From Pristiophorus japonicus (taxonomy: Eukaryota): a stretch of DNA of 64,000 nucleotides. The translations under genes and the position numbers were made by a program. The stretch's first letter is position 1. Every line of letters begins with the position of its first letter. The stretch covers positions 12,462,001-12,526,000 of the forward strand of contig NC_091977.1 of the NCBI RefSeq assembly GCF_044704955.1, given 5' to 3'. Positions 12,095 to 24,109 of this stretch are shown here, in pieces. The notes beneath the pieces are model-generated. The model was not told where the DNA came from. It saw only the letters and a program-made list of their open reading frames with translations, and made no database searches.

Positions 12095-15000
12095 CCAAAA
12101 AGAGTTTCATGCACAAGGACCCCCAGGTCCCCCTGCACCTCAGCATGTTGTAATTTCTCCCCATTCAAATAATATTCCCTTTTACTGTTTTGTTTTCTAA
12201 GGTGGATGACCTCATATTTTCCGACATTGTATTCCATCTGCCAAACCTTAGCCCATTCGCTTAACCTATCCAAATCTCTTTGCAGCCTCTCTGTGTCCTC
12301 TACACAACCCGCTTTCCCACTAATCTTTGTGTCATCTGCAAATGTTGTTACACTGCACTCTGTCCCCTCTTCCAGGTCATCTATGTATATTGTAAACAGT
12401 TGTGGTCCCAGCACCGATCCCCGCGGCACACCACTAACCACCGATTTCCAACCTGAAAAGGACCCATTTATCCCGACTCTCTGCTTTCTGTTCGCCAGCC
12501 AATTCTCTATCCATGCTAATACATTTCCTCTGACTCCGCTTACCTTTATCTTCTGCAGTAACCTTTTGTGTGGCACCTAATTGAATGCCTTTTGGAAATC
12601 TAAATACACCACATCTATCGGTACACCTCTATCCACCATGCTCGTTATATCCTCAAAGAATTTCAGTAAATTAGTTAAACATGATTTCCCCTTCATGAAT
12701 CCATGCTGCATCTGCTTGATTGCACTATTCCTATCTAGATGTCCCGCTATTTCTTCCTTAATGAAACTTTCAAGCGTTTTCCCCACTACAGATGTTAAAC
12801 TAACCGGCCTATAGTTACCTGCCTTTTGTCTGCCCCCTTTTTTAAACAGAGGCATTACATTAGCTGCTTTCCAATCCGCTGGTACCTCCCCAGAGTCCAG
12901 AGAATTCTGGTAGATTATAACGAATGCATCTGCTATAACTTCCGCCTCTCTTTTAATACCCTGGGATGCATTTCATCAGGACCAGGGGACTTGTCTACCT
13001 TGAGTTCCATTAGCCTGTCCAGCACTAACCCCCTATTGATAGTGATTGTCTCAAGGTCCTCCCTTCCCACATTCCTGTGACCAGCAATTTTTGGCATGTT
13101 TTTTGTGTCTTCCACTGTGAAGACCGAAGCAAAATAATTGTTTAAATTCTCAGCCATTTCCACATTTCCCATTATTAAATCCCCCTTCTCATCATCTAAG
13201 GGACCAACATTTACTTTAGTCACTCTTTTCCATTTTTTTTATATCTGTAAAAGCTTTTACTATCTGTTTTTATGTTTTGCGCAAGTTTACCTTCGTAATC
13301 TATCTTTCCTTTCTTTATTGCTTCTTTAGTCATTCTTTGCTGTTGTTTACATTTTTCCCAATCTTCTAGTTTCCCACTAACCTTGGCCACCTTATACACA
13401 TTGGTCTTTAATTTGATACTCTCCTTTATTTCCTTGGTTATCCACGGCTGGTTATCCCTTCTCTTACCGCCCTTCTTTTTCACTGGAATATATTTTTGTT
13501 GCGCACAATGAAAGAGTTCCTTAAAAGTCCTCCACTGTTCCTCAGTTGTGCCACTGTTTAGTCTGTGTTTCCAGTCTACTTTAGCCAACTCTGCCCTCAT
13601 CCCACTGTAATCCCCTTTGTTTAAGCATAGTACTCTCGTTTCTGACACAACTTCCTCACCCTCAATCTGTATTACAAGTTCAACCATACTGTGATCACTC
13701 ATTCCGAGAGGATCTTTTACTCGGAGATCGTTTATTTTTCCTGTCTCATTACACAGGAAATGACAAGATCTAAGATAGCTTGCTCCCTTGTCGGTTCTGC
13801 AACATACTGTTCTAAGAAACAATCCCGTATGCATTCTATGTATTCCTCCTCCAGGCTACCCCGTGCGATTTGATTTGACCAATCAATATGTTGGTTAAAA
13901 TCCCCCATGACTACTGCCGTTCCTTTTTCACATGCCTCCATTATTCCGTCTCACCCTGAAGTTATTATTTGGGGGCCTATAAACTACGCCGACCAGTGAC
14001 TTTTTCCCCTTACTATCTCTAATCTCCACACACAGTGATTCAACATTTTGTTCATTCGAGCCAATATCGTCTCTCACAACTGCCCTGATATCATCCTTTA
14101 TTAACAGAGCTACCCCACATCCTTTCCCTTCTTGTCTATCTTTCCGAATCGTCAGATACCCCTGTATGTTTAATTCCCAGTCTTGGCCACCCTGCAACCA
14201 TGTTTCTGTAATGGCCACCAAATCATACCCATTTGTAATGATTTGTGCCATCAACTCATTTCCTTTATTTCGAATATTGCGTGCATTTAGGTAAAGTGTT
14301 TTGATCCGAGTTTTTAAACCATGATTTTTAGTTTTGACCCCTCCTGCAGCCCCTTTATATTCAGTGGCCCTTTTTGTTTTTTGCCTTGGGTTTCTCTGCC
14401 CTCCACATTTACTCATCTCCTTTCTGTCTTTTGCTTTTGTCTCCTTTTTGTTTCCCTCTGTCTCCCTGCATTGGTTCCCATCCCCCTGTCATATTAGTTT
14501 AACTCCTCCCCAACAGCACTAGCAAACACTCCCCCGAGGACATTGGTTCCGGTCCTGCCCAGGTGCAGACCGTCCGGTTTGTACTGGTCCCACCTCCCCC
14601 AGAACCGGTTCCAATGCCCCAGGAATTTGAATCCCTCCGTACTGCACCACTGTTCAAGCCACGTATTCATCTGAGCTATCCTGTGATTCCTACTCTGGCT
14701 AGCACGTGGCACCGGTAGCAATCCCGAGATTACTACTTTTGAGGTCCTATGTTTTAATTTAGCTCCTAGCTCCTTAAATTCGTCTCGTAGGACCTCATCC
14801 CTTTTTTTAACCTATATCATTGGTACCAATGTGCACCACGACAACTGGCTGTTCACCCTCCCTTTTCAGAATGTCCTGCACCCGCTCCGAGACATCCTTG
14901 ACCCTTGCACCAGGGAGGCAACATACCATCCTGGAGTCTCGGTTGCGGCCGCAGAAACGCCTATCTATTCCCCTTACAATCGAATCCCCTATCACTATCG

Positions 15001-15559
15001 CTCTCCCACTCTTTTTCCTGGCCTCCTGTGCAGCAGAGCCAGCCACGGTGCCATGAACTTGGCAGTGGGTCAGTGGAGCAGGAATCTGCTGTCCTCTCTC
15101 AGGTTGACAGCATTCCTGATCCCACCACTGCCACTCCACCATTGCCCTTGTTGCTGCCTGTCACCCAGCCAGCCCAGACAGCCGCTGCCCAGCCTGAGGT
15201 GTTGCAGTCTGCATCCGGGCCTTCCAGGCCCAGAGCTGGTCGAGGGCATCCTGCAAGGCCATCTGTAGTCTCTTGCCCCGACACACAACAAGCATCCACC
15301 AGCCATGCTGCTGCCACAGGGGACACTCTGCGAAGGAGTATTAGGATAGGTCAACGAAAGAGGGAATATAAGGAAATGCACAAGGGTGATGAATAACACA
15401 CATTTATACATTTTATTGTTGTTTGATAAATGTTGATTGGAATGTTTAATGTTTGGTGTTATCTCTCATTTCCATCTTCTGGTTTTGGTAAGGAAGGGCA
15501 AAGTGATGTGGTGATGGGGACGTCCAGAGGAACCGGGAAGTAGGATGGAAATCAGTGGA

Positions 15560-16620
15560 AACGACCTTCCTTGCAGGATTGTAATGGAGTCGCTGCCTCC
15601 TCCTTCACGGCTTTTGCTGCTCCTCCTCGTCCTCCTGCTGTTGCTCCTCCACCTACTCCTCCTGGTCCTCCTGGTCCTCCTCCTCCTCCTGAGGTGGTGC
15701 TGCTATGCCTGGTGGCAATGGCTGTGCCCCCATGTTGGCCAGGTTGTGCATGATGCAGCTGACAACGATGAATAGGGACATCCGGTCAGGCAAATACTGC
15801 AGGACTCCTCCAAAGCGGTCAAGACAGCGGAACCGTTGCTTCAGCACTCCGATGGCCTGCTCAATGATCTTCCAGACGGCGGTGTGGCTCTCATTGTGCG
15901 AGTGATGGGCAGGAGTGGTGTGGTTGCAGAGGGGAGTGATGAGTCAGGTGGATAGCCGGCTCATTTGGGGCTGAAACAGAGCTGGCACATGGTCTGGTGC
16001 AGAATGAAGGTATCGTGGCTGCTGCCAGGATAACGGGTGTTGACGCTGAATATTCCGTGTGTCTGGTCGCACACCAACTGCACACTCAGTTGGCGTTGGC
16101 CTTTGCGGTTATGGAAGATCTCAGGATTGTGGTGCGATGCCCTCAAAGTGACGTGGGTGCACTCGATGGCACCCTGCACCATGGGGAAGCCCGCTATCCT
16201 GGCAAAGCCACAGGCACGCTCGTGCTGCTTCTCTCTGCTCATGGGGATGGAAATGTAATCCCTCCTCCTTCTGTGCAGAGCATCTGTGACCTCGCGGATG
16301 GAGCAATGGACGGCAACTTGGGAGAGTTGGAGATGTCTCCTGTTGCACACTGGAACGATCCATTGCTGTAGAAATTGAGCACAATGGTGACCTTGACTGC
16401 CACAGAGAGCTGTCCTTAGCCTGGTCTGAGACTCGAGGTCTGGTTGCAGCAGATGACAGAGCTCTGTGACCACGTCCTTGCAGAAACGCAGCCTTTACAC
16501 ACACTGCTCCTCAGTGAAATCGATATAGAACTGCTGCCGGAATACCCGGGGAGAGTAAGGCCTCCTGTTGCCAGCCCTCTGGTGCCTTCTTCCTCTGGCA
16601 ACATGCCAGCATAGCGCCCA
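15560..16620 (-). pseudogene. Harbinger (HARBI1-like) DDE transposase, frameshifted, copy A
   Basis: AGFPMVQGAIECTHV, HNRKG, VQLVCD, YPGSSHD, LKQRFRCL and CIMHN motifs spread over several frames. Confidence 0.85.
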
Positions 16621-17121
16621 TGAAGCGACAGAAATGTTTTAACATCAAAGCTGCTGTGAGTTATGCAGGGGAAAAGTTAGGAGGCAGGAGACTCTCTGAG
16701 GTAAACATCGTTGCTATGGGTCCACCAGCCACTCTGCCTAACTGTTGGCAAACATTAAAAAGTAATGGCCGACAGAAAATAGTTTTCAAGATGGCACTTT
16801 AAATAGCGCTCTCCATCCGGCTCCTGACTACAAGCTGAAGCTGTCGTTGTCAACGCCAGGCGCTAAGGTAGGTTGCTCGGGGCAATTTAACTTCCGGGGC
16901 GGTAAGGGGACGATGACATCATCATCACCGCGCTGCCTCGTAGCGCCTCCGCAAAACCCAATTCCGCGGGGGGCGATTTTTGCTCCGCGCCCGGGCGGAA
17001 ACCATTTCCCGGCGATAAAAGGGGCAATTTTGCCCCCTCAGTATATTGTCTCGCAGTATGTTTTCCAAACACTGAGTCTGCTCCCATGCTGATTTAATGT
17101 TGTCTCTCTCTCTCTCCACAG

Positions 17122-17508
17122 AGCTTTCTGTCAGTGGTTGGACAATGACCATCGCGGATACAGTGAGTGCTGAGGAAGGGAGGTCCGCTGTCTTACCGTG
17201 CAGTTTCACCCACCCACCCACTGATCGCCCGCTCACCGGCACTGTGAAATGGTTCAAAGGTCACAAAGGGAAGGTTATTTTTACCTGCACGTATTCTGGT
17301 CTGGGCCATTCACAGATCGAGCTGTGTGAGAATGTGAGACAGCAGGAAGGTGGGAATCGATTCAGATTCGTGGGAAACCTCAGCAATAATGATGTCTCGA
17401 TAATGATGGAATGGCTGAGCCAGGCGGACAATGCTGGTTATCTGTGTCTTGTGAAGCTCAATATTGACAAATTTGGAACATCGTTAGGAACGCGTCTGAG
17501 TGTGAGAG
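17122..17508 (+). CDS. Ig V-set exon V1, Siglec-15-like, paralogue A (phase 1/1, 387 nt)
   Basis: Acceptor ...ctctccacag|, donor AGAG|gtgagg; WTMT..VSAEEG.SAVLPCSFTHP, KWF, extra Cys pair IFTC...ELC, RFRFVGN..NDVSI, D...YLC, GTRLSV. Matches the recalled Siglec-15 V-domain pattern. Confidence 0.88.
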
Positions 17509-18339
17509 GTGAGGAGCACTGCTCAGGGGCTGTCGCTGCTCCGATAGCTCAGTGAGGAAAGGCTCCACCTGGTCTGGTCCTGAGCCACACGGATCAATAA
17601 ACTCTCAGCAACCCCGGGCTATGAAGAGGGAATATTGCCCGGGGTTCCTGCTCCTGATCATTTTCCAGTGACTCCTGCTGGAAGGTGTGTTCTTGGACAT
17701 TGGATGAGACATTGGGCCTGCCTGTGATGCTCTCCACAGTCAAATATTCCATTGACACACATTGACCAGGCTTGTGCTCTAAGGAAGGCCATTTGGGTGA
17801 GGCAGATACACATTAGATACATTTCTTTCAGTTATACTATTTTGGGATACAGTATATGAGTAATTTGATATGGCATTTAATCTAGACAAATGCAGTGTGA
17901 TGCAGGTAGGTAGGATCAATGGTCCTTACCATTTACAGGGAACAACACTGAAAGTGGTTCAGAGAGAAAGGGATCCAGGTTTTATTGTGCACGCATCACT
18001 CAAGGTACAGGAACAATGCAGAGAGCCATAGCCAAAGCAGACAGTGTATTGGGTTGTACTAATAGAACCATTCAATGTAAGTCAAAGGACACCACCTCCC
18101 ACTTTCTGCTAGTCTGAGAAACTTTCCTTACCTCCTATCCTCTATTTTCTGTTTTGTAGCCATCTCTCAATCCGTTCTGCTACCCGGCCCCCTGACCCCA
18201 CATCCCCTGGGACCCTTACTGACTGAGTACTACACTGGGCAATGCCTCTACCCATAGACCACAGGGAGAACTCTGAACTGAAACAAATTAAAGTTCTCAT
18301 CAAAACGCTGATATATTGTGATGTCTGTCCTTTCCTCAG

Positions 18340-18690
18340 CTGCTAGTGGAAATGGCTCAGTGGTGAGAGGGACCAAGGGAGCTTCGGTTACATTGCCCTG
18401 TATGTTCACACCCAGCAACTACACCAACCTGACCACTGTTACATGGATGAGGAAGGAGCCCTACCAACACTTAGTCACATTTAGAGCCCAATCAAATGGG
18501 TCTTGGACAACTGTAAACTGTGGAAATCGGTACGAGCTCATCGGGAACCCAAAGGAGGGAAACGCTTCAACCAGGATAAAGCAGCTGAGTGTGAAAGACA
18601 ACCACACTTACCTGTGTCTGGTGGAGTACAAGCCATGGCTCAATTATTAACGTCTGATCCAGACTGAGACATGTCTGCAGCTCGTACATG
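18340..18690 (+). pseudogene. Ig V-set exon V2, paralogue A, in-frame TAA at 18648-18650
   Basis: Acceptor tttcctcag|, donor CATG|gtaaga, 351 nt; GASVTLPC, VTW, RYELIGNPKEGNAS, D..TYLC; TAA where copy B has CAA. Confidence 0.85.
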
Positions 18691-18771
18691 GTAAGAAACC
18701 ATCCCTATATTCTCCAGTATATAGAGGTTGTACAGTGAGGACGGGCGGTGTAACACAAAACACTCATTTGC

Positions 18772-19330
18772 CGTGGCTCAGTGGGTAGCACTCACCAAGG
18801 TCTTGTTTTCAAATCCCACTCGAGCACATAATCTCGGCTGACTTTCCCAGTGCAGTACTGAGGGAGCACTGCACTGTCAGAGGTGCTGTCTCTCGGATGA
18901 GATGTTAAACCGAGGCCCCGTCTGCCCTCACAGATGGATGTAAAAGATCCCATGGCACTATTTTGAAGAACAGTGATTCTCTCCGGTGTCCTGGCCAATA
19001 CCAATTCCTGAAAAAAGCAAAAATATACAGGATATCTGCTCAGTTATCACTTTGCTATTTGTGAGAGCTTGCTGTGTGCACAAATTGGCCCTGTGATACC
19101 ATACATCACAACAGTGACTGCACTTCAAAAAAGTACTTCATTGGCTGCTTTCTTATTAATTCATGGGATGTGGGCATCGCTGGCAAGATTGGCATTTATT
19201 GCCCATCCCTAATGACCCTCGTAGAAGGTGGCGGTGAGCTGCCTTCTTGAACCGCTGCAGTCCATGCAGTGCTTTGTGAGGGCCTAAGGTTGTGAAAGGT
19301 ACTGTATAAATACAAGCACTTTTTCTTCTT
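18772..19330 (+). mobile_element. DeuSINE (SacSINE1/AmnSINE1-like) containing a minus-strand LINE 3' tail at ~19150-19268
   Basis: tRNA-like head gtggctcagtgggtagc; Deu-domain-like gttaaaccgaggccccgtctgcc...aaagatcccatggcactat; tail ggttgtgaaaggt..tataaa. Family assignment is from recall. Confidence 0.75.
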
Positions 19331-19496
19331 AACTGACCGAATCCATCAGTTCCTGCAAACTGTGCCATTTTGGGGACGTTGGGGCCAAAAATCCCCCTGG
19401 TCTCTATTGAAATACGCAGTGTCTGGGGGTAGTCCTTAATTTAAACATGAAAGGTGGGTGCCTGAAGTACAAGGTGCAAAAATCATGGGCACCCAC

Positions 19497-20088
19497 TGTT
19501 GGGGCAAAAGGAGGCTTCGCTCCCTGAAGGTGGACGAACTGATATAGTTAATCGACACCTCGCCCAGCTTTCCACCGTATAACGACCACGGAAGTAAACA
19601 ACCAAAACCTCAGGTTTACCGGTTTTATTACGAACAATGCACGGGAAGGTTCAGTCGTGGAACCTCCGAAACACAAGATTTATATAGGTTTTGGAGAGGA
19701 GCACCCTCCTACAATAAGTCTAATTCTGTCAGCGAAGTTACATTGATTTGTCGACTCTTATCAAACTGTCTCTGAGTGGCATATGCAGTTGTCCATCTTC
19801 TATGGTGTTGTTCCATCACTTGCACTCTGCCGCAGTATAATAGATGCCTAAACTGGCATCCTTATCTCTTCCTCAGAGACTTCTGATCAACGCCTGCTGA
19901 TTTTGCTGTTTAAGTATTAAAGAAGTTACGGATTCAGCTTAATGCATCATTATACATTTGTGCTATACCTGCATAAACAAGTGTTACATACATAGGCAAT
20001 TATACAGACTCTCCTAACACTGATAAGTTCACTACCTTCAGCATAATTCTGACCACCAATTTGCAATTTTTACAATTTATCCCTTACA
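19497..20088 (-). mobile_element. Solo LTR, 592 bp, 5-bp TSD CCCAC, present only in copy A
   Basis: TG...CA; CCCAC at 19492-19496 and 20089-20093; empty site gggcacccactaacc at ~59900; minus-strand TATA (~19684) followed by AATAAA (~19628). Confidence 0.9.
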
Positions 20089-20129
20089 CCCACTAACCGA
20101 AGGAGACTGCGCACATAGTAAACGGGTCG

Positions 20130-21848
20130 TAAGATGAGGGGCAGAGGCGATTCGGAACTAGAAAACAGACGGACGCATTGAGGCAGAGGGTATGGCTGAG
20201 GTGATAAATGAACACTTTACATCTGTCTTCACCAAGGAAGAAGATGCTGCCATAAACATAGTGAAGGAGGAGGTAGAGGAGATACTGAATGGGATAAAAG
20301 TTATGAAGAGGAGGAGATACTAGAAAGGCTGGCTGTATTTAACCTAGATAAACCACCAGGATTAAATAGGATGTATACTAGGACACTGAGGGAAGTGAAG
20401 GAAGAAATCGCAGAGGTACTGGCCACAATCTTCCAATCCTTCATAGAAACAGGGCTGGTGCCGGAGGACTGGAGAATTGCAAATGTTACACCATTGTTCA
20501 AAAATGGGTGTAAAGATAAACCCAACAACTACAGGCCAGTCATTTTAACCTCGGTAGTGGGGAAGCTTTTGGAAACAATAATTAAGGACAAAATGAACAG
20601 TCACTTGGACTGTTTAAGAAAAGCCAGATATGTTAAGGCAAATTGTGTTTAACCAACTTGATTGAGTTTTTTGATGAGGCTACAGAGAGGGTTGATGAGG
20701 GCAATGCAATTGATGTGGTGTACATGAATTTCCAGAAGGCGTTCGACAAAGTGCCACTTAATAGGCTTGCCAGCAAAGTTGAAGCCCAGTGGCAGCATGG
20801 ATACAAAATTGGCTAAGTGACAGGAAACAGAGAGTAGTAATGAATGGTAGTTTTTCGGACTGCAAGAAGTTATACAGTGGTGTTCCCCAGAGGTCGGTTC
20901 TAGGACCACTGCTTTTCTTGATATATATTAATGACTTGGATGCAGGTGTATAAGGGCACAATTTCAAAATTTGAAGATGACACAATATATGTATAGTGTA
21001 CAGTGAGGAGGATAGTGATAGACTGCCAGAGGACATAGACAGGCTGGTGGAATGGACAGACAAGTGGTAGATTACATTTAATGCAGAAAATGCTCATTTA
21101 TATAATTTGGTAGAATGAGGAGAGACCATATAAACTAATGGGTACAATTCTAAAGAGGATGCATGAGTAGAGAGACCTAGAGGTATATGTGCACAGGGCA
21201 GGTTGAGAAAGCAGTAAAGCATAAAAAAATCAGAAAGCTTACGGGATCCTGGGCTTCATGAATAGAGGTATAGAGTACAAAAGCGAGGAAATTATAATGA
21301 ACCTTTATAAAACACTAGTTCAGCCTCAACTGGAGTATTGTGTCCAATTCTGGGCACCGCATTTTAGGATGGATGTGAAGACCTTAGAGAGGGTGCAGAA
21401 AAGATTTACGAGAATGATTCCAGGGATGAGGGACTTCAGTTACATGGCTTGACTGGAGAAGCAGGGGTTGTTCTCCTTGGAGCAGAGAAGATTGAGAGGA
21501 GATTTGATAGAGATGTTCAAAATCTTGAGGGGTCTGGATAGGATAGAGAATAAACTGTTCCCATTGGCGGAAGGGTCAAGAACCAGAGGACACAGATTTA
21601 AGGTGATTGGCAAAAGAACCAAAGGCGACATAAGAAAACACTTTTTTCCGCAGTGAGTGGTTAAGATCTGGAATGCACTGCCTGAAATCGTGGTGGAGGC
21701 TGACTCAATACGGCTTTCAAAAGGGAGTTGGATAATACCTGAAGGAAGAAAATTTGCAGGTGCAACGGGGAAAGTGTGGGGAGTGGAACTAGCTGAAATG
21801 CTCTTGCAGAGAGCCAGCACGGGCTCAATGGGTCAAATAGCCTTCTAT
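20130..21848 (+). mobile_element. Degenerate CR1 ORF2 and 3' end
   Basis: PEDWRIANVTPLFK, NYRPV, LEYCVQFWAPH and VKIWNALP motifs with many disruptions. Confidence 0.88.
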
Positions 21849-21904
21849 ATTATTGGTACTCTCCATTTGTCGTTCTTCATTGACAATCCATACTCTTTGC
21901 CTCT

Positions 21905-23100
21905 TAAACAAATACTTTGCGTCTGTCTTCACGGAAGAAGATGCAAAAAATATCCCTGTAAATAATGGAGAACCAAGAGGAACTGAATTAAATTAGTATT
22001 AGTAAAAAAATAATATTGGAGAAATTATGGGCCTACATCCCAGGGTTTTAAAAGAGGTGGCTGTAGAGATAGTGGATGCATTGGTTGTCATCTTCCAAAA
22101 TTCCATAGATGTTAGAACAATTCCTGCGGATTGGAAGGTAGAAAATGTAACCTCATTATATAAGAAAGGAGACAGAAACTGGGGAAATACAGACGAGTTA
22201 GCCTGACATCACTTGTAGAGAAATTGCTCGAATCTATTAAGGATGTGGTAACAGGGCACTTAAATAATAATAGGAATGGGCAGAGTCAACACGGATTTAT
22301 GAAAGGGAAATCATGTGTGCCATATCTTTTCGAGTTCTTTGAGGTTGTAACAAACAGAATAAATAAAGGTGACCAGTGGATGTAATGTATTTGTATTTTC
22401 AGAAGGCATTCGATAAGGAGCCACACAAGAGGTTATTAAACAAAATTAGGGCTCATGGGATTGGGGGTCATATAATAGCATGGATTAAGGATTGGTTAAT
22501 GGACATAACACATAGAGTAGGAATAAACATTTTCGGATTGGCAGGCTGTAACTAGTGATGTGCCGCAAGGATCGGGGCTTGGGCCTCAGCTATTCACAAT
22601 CTATATCAATGATTTGAATGAGGGGACCAAATGTAATAATATATCCAAGTTTGCTGATGATACAAAGCTAGGTGGGAATGTAAATTGTGAGGAGGATGCA
22701 AAGAGGCTTCAAGGGGATATAGACAGGCTAAGTGAGTGGGCAAGAACATGACAAATGGAGTATAATGTGGAGAAATATGAAGTTATCCACTTTGGTTGGA
22801 AAAGTAGAAAAGCAGAGCATTTTTTAAATGGTGAAAGATTGGGAAATGTTGGTGTTCAGGGGACCTGGATGTCCTTGTACATGAATCACTGAAAGTTAAC
22901 ATGCAGGTACAGCAAACAATTAGGAAAGCAAATTAGGAAAGCAAATTTATTACAAGAGGATTTGAGTATAAGAGTAAAGACGGCTTACTGCAATTATATA
23001 GGGCCCTGGTTAGACCGCACCTGGAGTATTGTGTACCTTTTTTGTCTCCTTACCTAAGGAAGGATATACTTGCCATAGAGGGAGTGCAATGAAGGTTCAC
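21905..23100 (+). mobile_element. Degenerate CR1 RT fragment
   Basis: [28 protein letters not shown]. Confidence 0.85.
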
Positions 23101-24109
23101 ATTGTGCTCAGGCCTCACAGTGCAACAAGCAATTTGTTGTGCACACCCATCAGCCTTCCTCTGTAGCCTGGCCCATCGAAGTACCCATCTGAGTCCTCTA
23201 CAGCAGAACTAGTGTATGACCATACCCTCCAGTGAGCACCACCTGTGGTGTCCTTTCTCCTCCCTCCCTCAGCCCTGGCTCCTTTGCACATTTCCCCAGT
23301 GACCACACGCAGGATCCCCCTCTATCTGAGCCCCTGAAGTGCAGAGGTCAGTCTCTGAGCTGGCAGAGTGAAATCAAGGGACAGTGCATCTTTATCATCG
23401 TTCTCTTCTTCCTCCGCCTCTGGCTGAGGAGCTTCCACTTCTTGGGAGCTTAAATTAAAAAGGGACAAAGGTTAATGCTGTGGTGAGAGGAGAGAGGAAG
23501 AAGTGTGTGCTGACACCATCTGTAACCTCTCATTCAGTGTGTGTGGGGTGAGGGGGGAGTGAGGAGAGGAAGATTAGATTGGTAGAACCCATGATCATCG
23601 ATCCCTCCAGTGTCACCAGTGACCACGGCCTCAGCGACGCCCCCTCCCATTGCCATTATTGCAAAGACTGTCTGCTCCAGTTTCTTGCTGCTGTCTGCTG
23701 TTGTGTGTCACCCACCACAAGAAAGAGGGAAGTGTGTTAGAGTGTTGTGCAACTTGTCTGGGTGATGTCACTGACTGAATAGCTCAGAATGTGTGTGTGT
23801 CAGTGTGTGAGAAGCAAACAAATTGTTGGTGTGAGGTTTTCTACAGTACAGAGTGTGAGAGGGTGATATCTAGCATGTTGATTGAAGTGTTCAGTCCCGA
23901 TTAATAGAGATTGTAGGCGGTGGGGAATGGGGATGGTGTTAATTCAGCAGTGATGAGGCTAGCGGAGCAGCTGTTATGAGAAACCATTTGAAGATTGATC
24001 GTACCTTGACAATTATTGTCAGATAATTGAACTTGTTCCGACTGCATCCAGGTAGTTGGCCCACATTGCTTGCATTCACCTCCTGTGATCTTCTCCCACT
24101 GCGTCCTAG

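Larger units (their letters stand above)
7356..12105 (+). mobile_element. Tx1-clade (L1-group) non-LTR retrotransposon, long 5' region retained, 3'-truncated, 16-bp TSD
   Basis: TTCATGCACAAGGACC at 7340-7355 and 12106-12121; CpG-rich; zinc-knuckle ORF1; APE + partial RT ORF2. Confidence 0.9.
6629..15062 (-). mobile_element. CR1 LINE, 5'-truncated in ORF1 (SGNH esterase ORF1 + APE/RT ORF2), interrupted by Tx1
   Basis: ORF1 IVIGDSIVRG/VVHIGTND/KPDGLHL (14494-15060); ORF2 LYLNARN, AITETW, GDFN, YRPVSLTS, FADD; (AACATAAG)n tail at ~6635-6656. Copy B shows the empty site. Confidence 0.93.
5016..15396 (+). pseudogene. Harbinger Myb/SANT-like gene (exons 5016-5258, 5485-5646, 5796 onward; last exon split by CR1 and resumes at ~15060)
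   Basis: MWAEVAAEVS...CWKKFNDMIRVVK|gtgagt, then cag|AKMAHNRREQQQTGG; 1-nt frameshift in exon 2 shared with copy B. Confidence 0.8.
4687..17037 (+). mobile_element. PIF/Harbinger DNA transposon, copy A, split by a nested CR1 and Tx1
   Basis: 12-bp TIRs GGGGGCAAAATT (4687) and AATTTTGCCCCC (ends 17037); convergent Myb/SANT (+) and DDE transposase (-) genes; less disrupted homologue at 50142-54356. Confidence 0.88.

Noticed and set aside
15545-15775. Leu-rich hydrophobic ORF as a TM exon (also 52966-53400)
   Set aside because: It is the antisense reading of the Glu-rich transposase tail and lies upstream of V1.
15560-16620. Domesticated HARBI1/NAIF1-type host genes
   Set aside because: Both genes are frameshifted, TIR-flanked and duplicated, as expected for a dead transposon.
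5016-17508. In-frame Myb/SANT-IgV fusion protein (Myb exon 2 donor and V1 acceptor are both phase 1)
   Set aside because: A frameshift in Myb exon 2 of both copies gives a stop before that donor, and there is no transcript evidence.
17122-18690. Rearranging Ig/TCR/IgNAR V segments
   Set aside because: Each exon includes its own G strand and ends in a GT donor; I saw no adjacent CACAGTG-spacer-ACAAAAACC signal and no J-type W/FGxG motif.
23232-23453. CIFIIVLFFL as the missing TM exon of paralogue A
   Set aside because: The hydrophobic stretch is too short and is antisense to an acidic patch in a decayed Harbinger Myb exon; no convincing splice sites.
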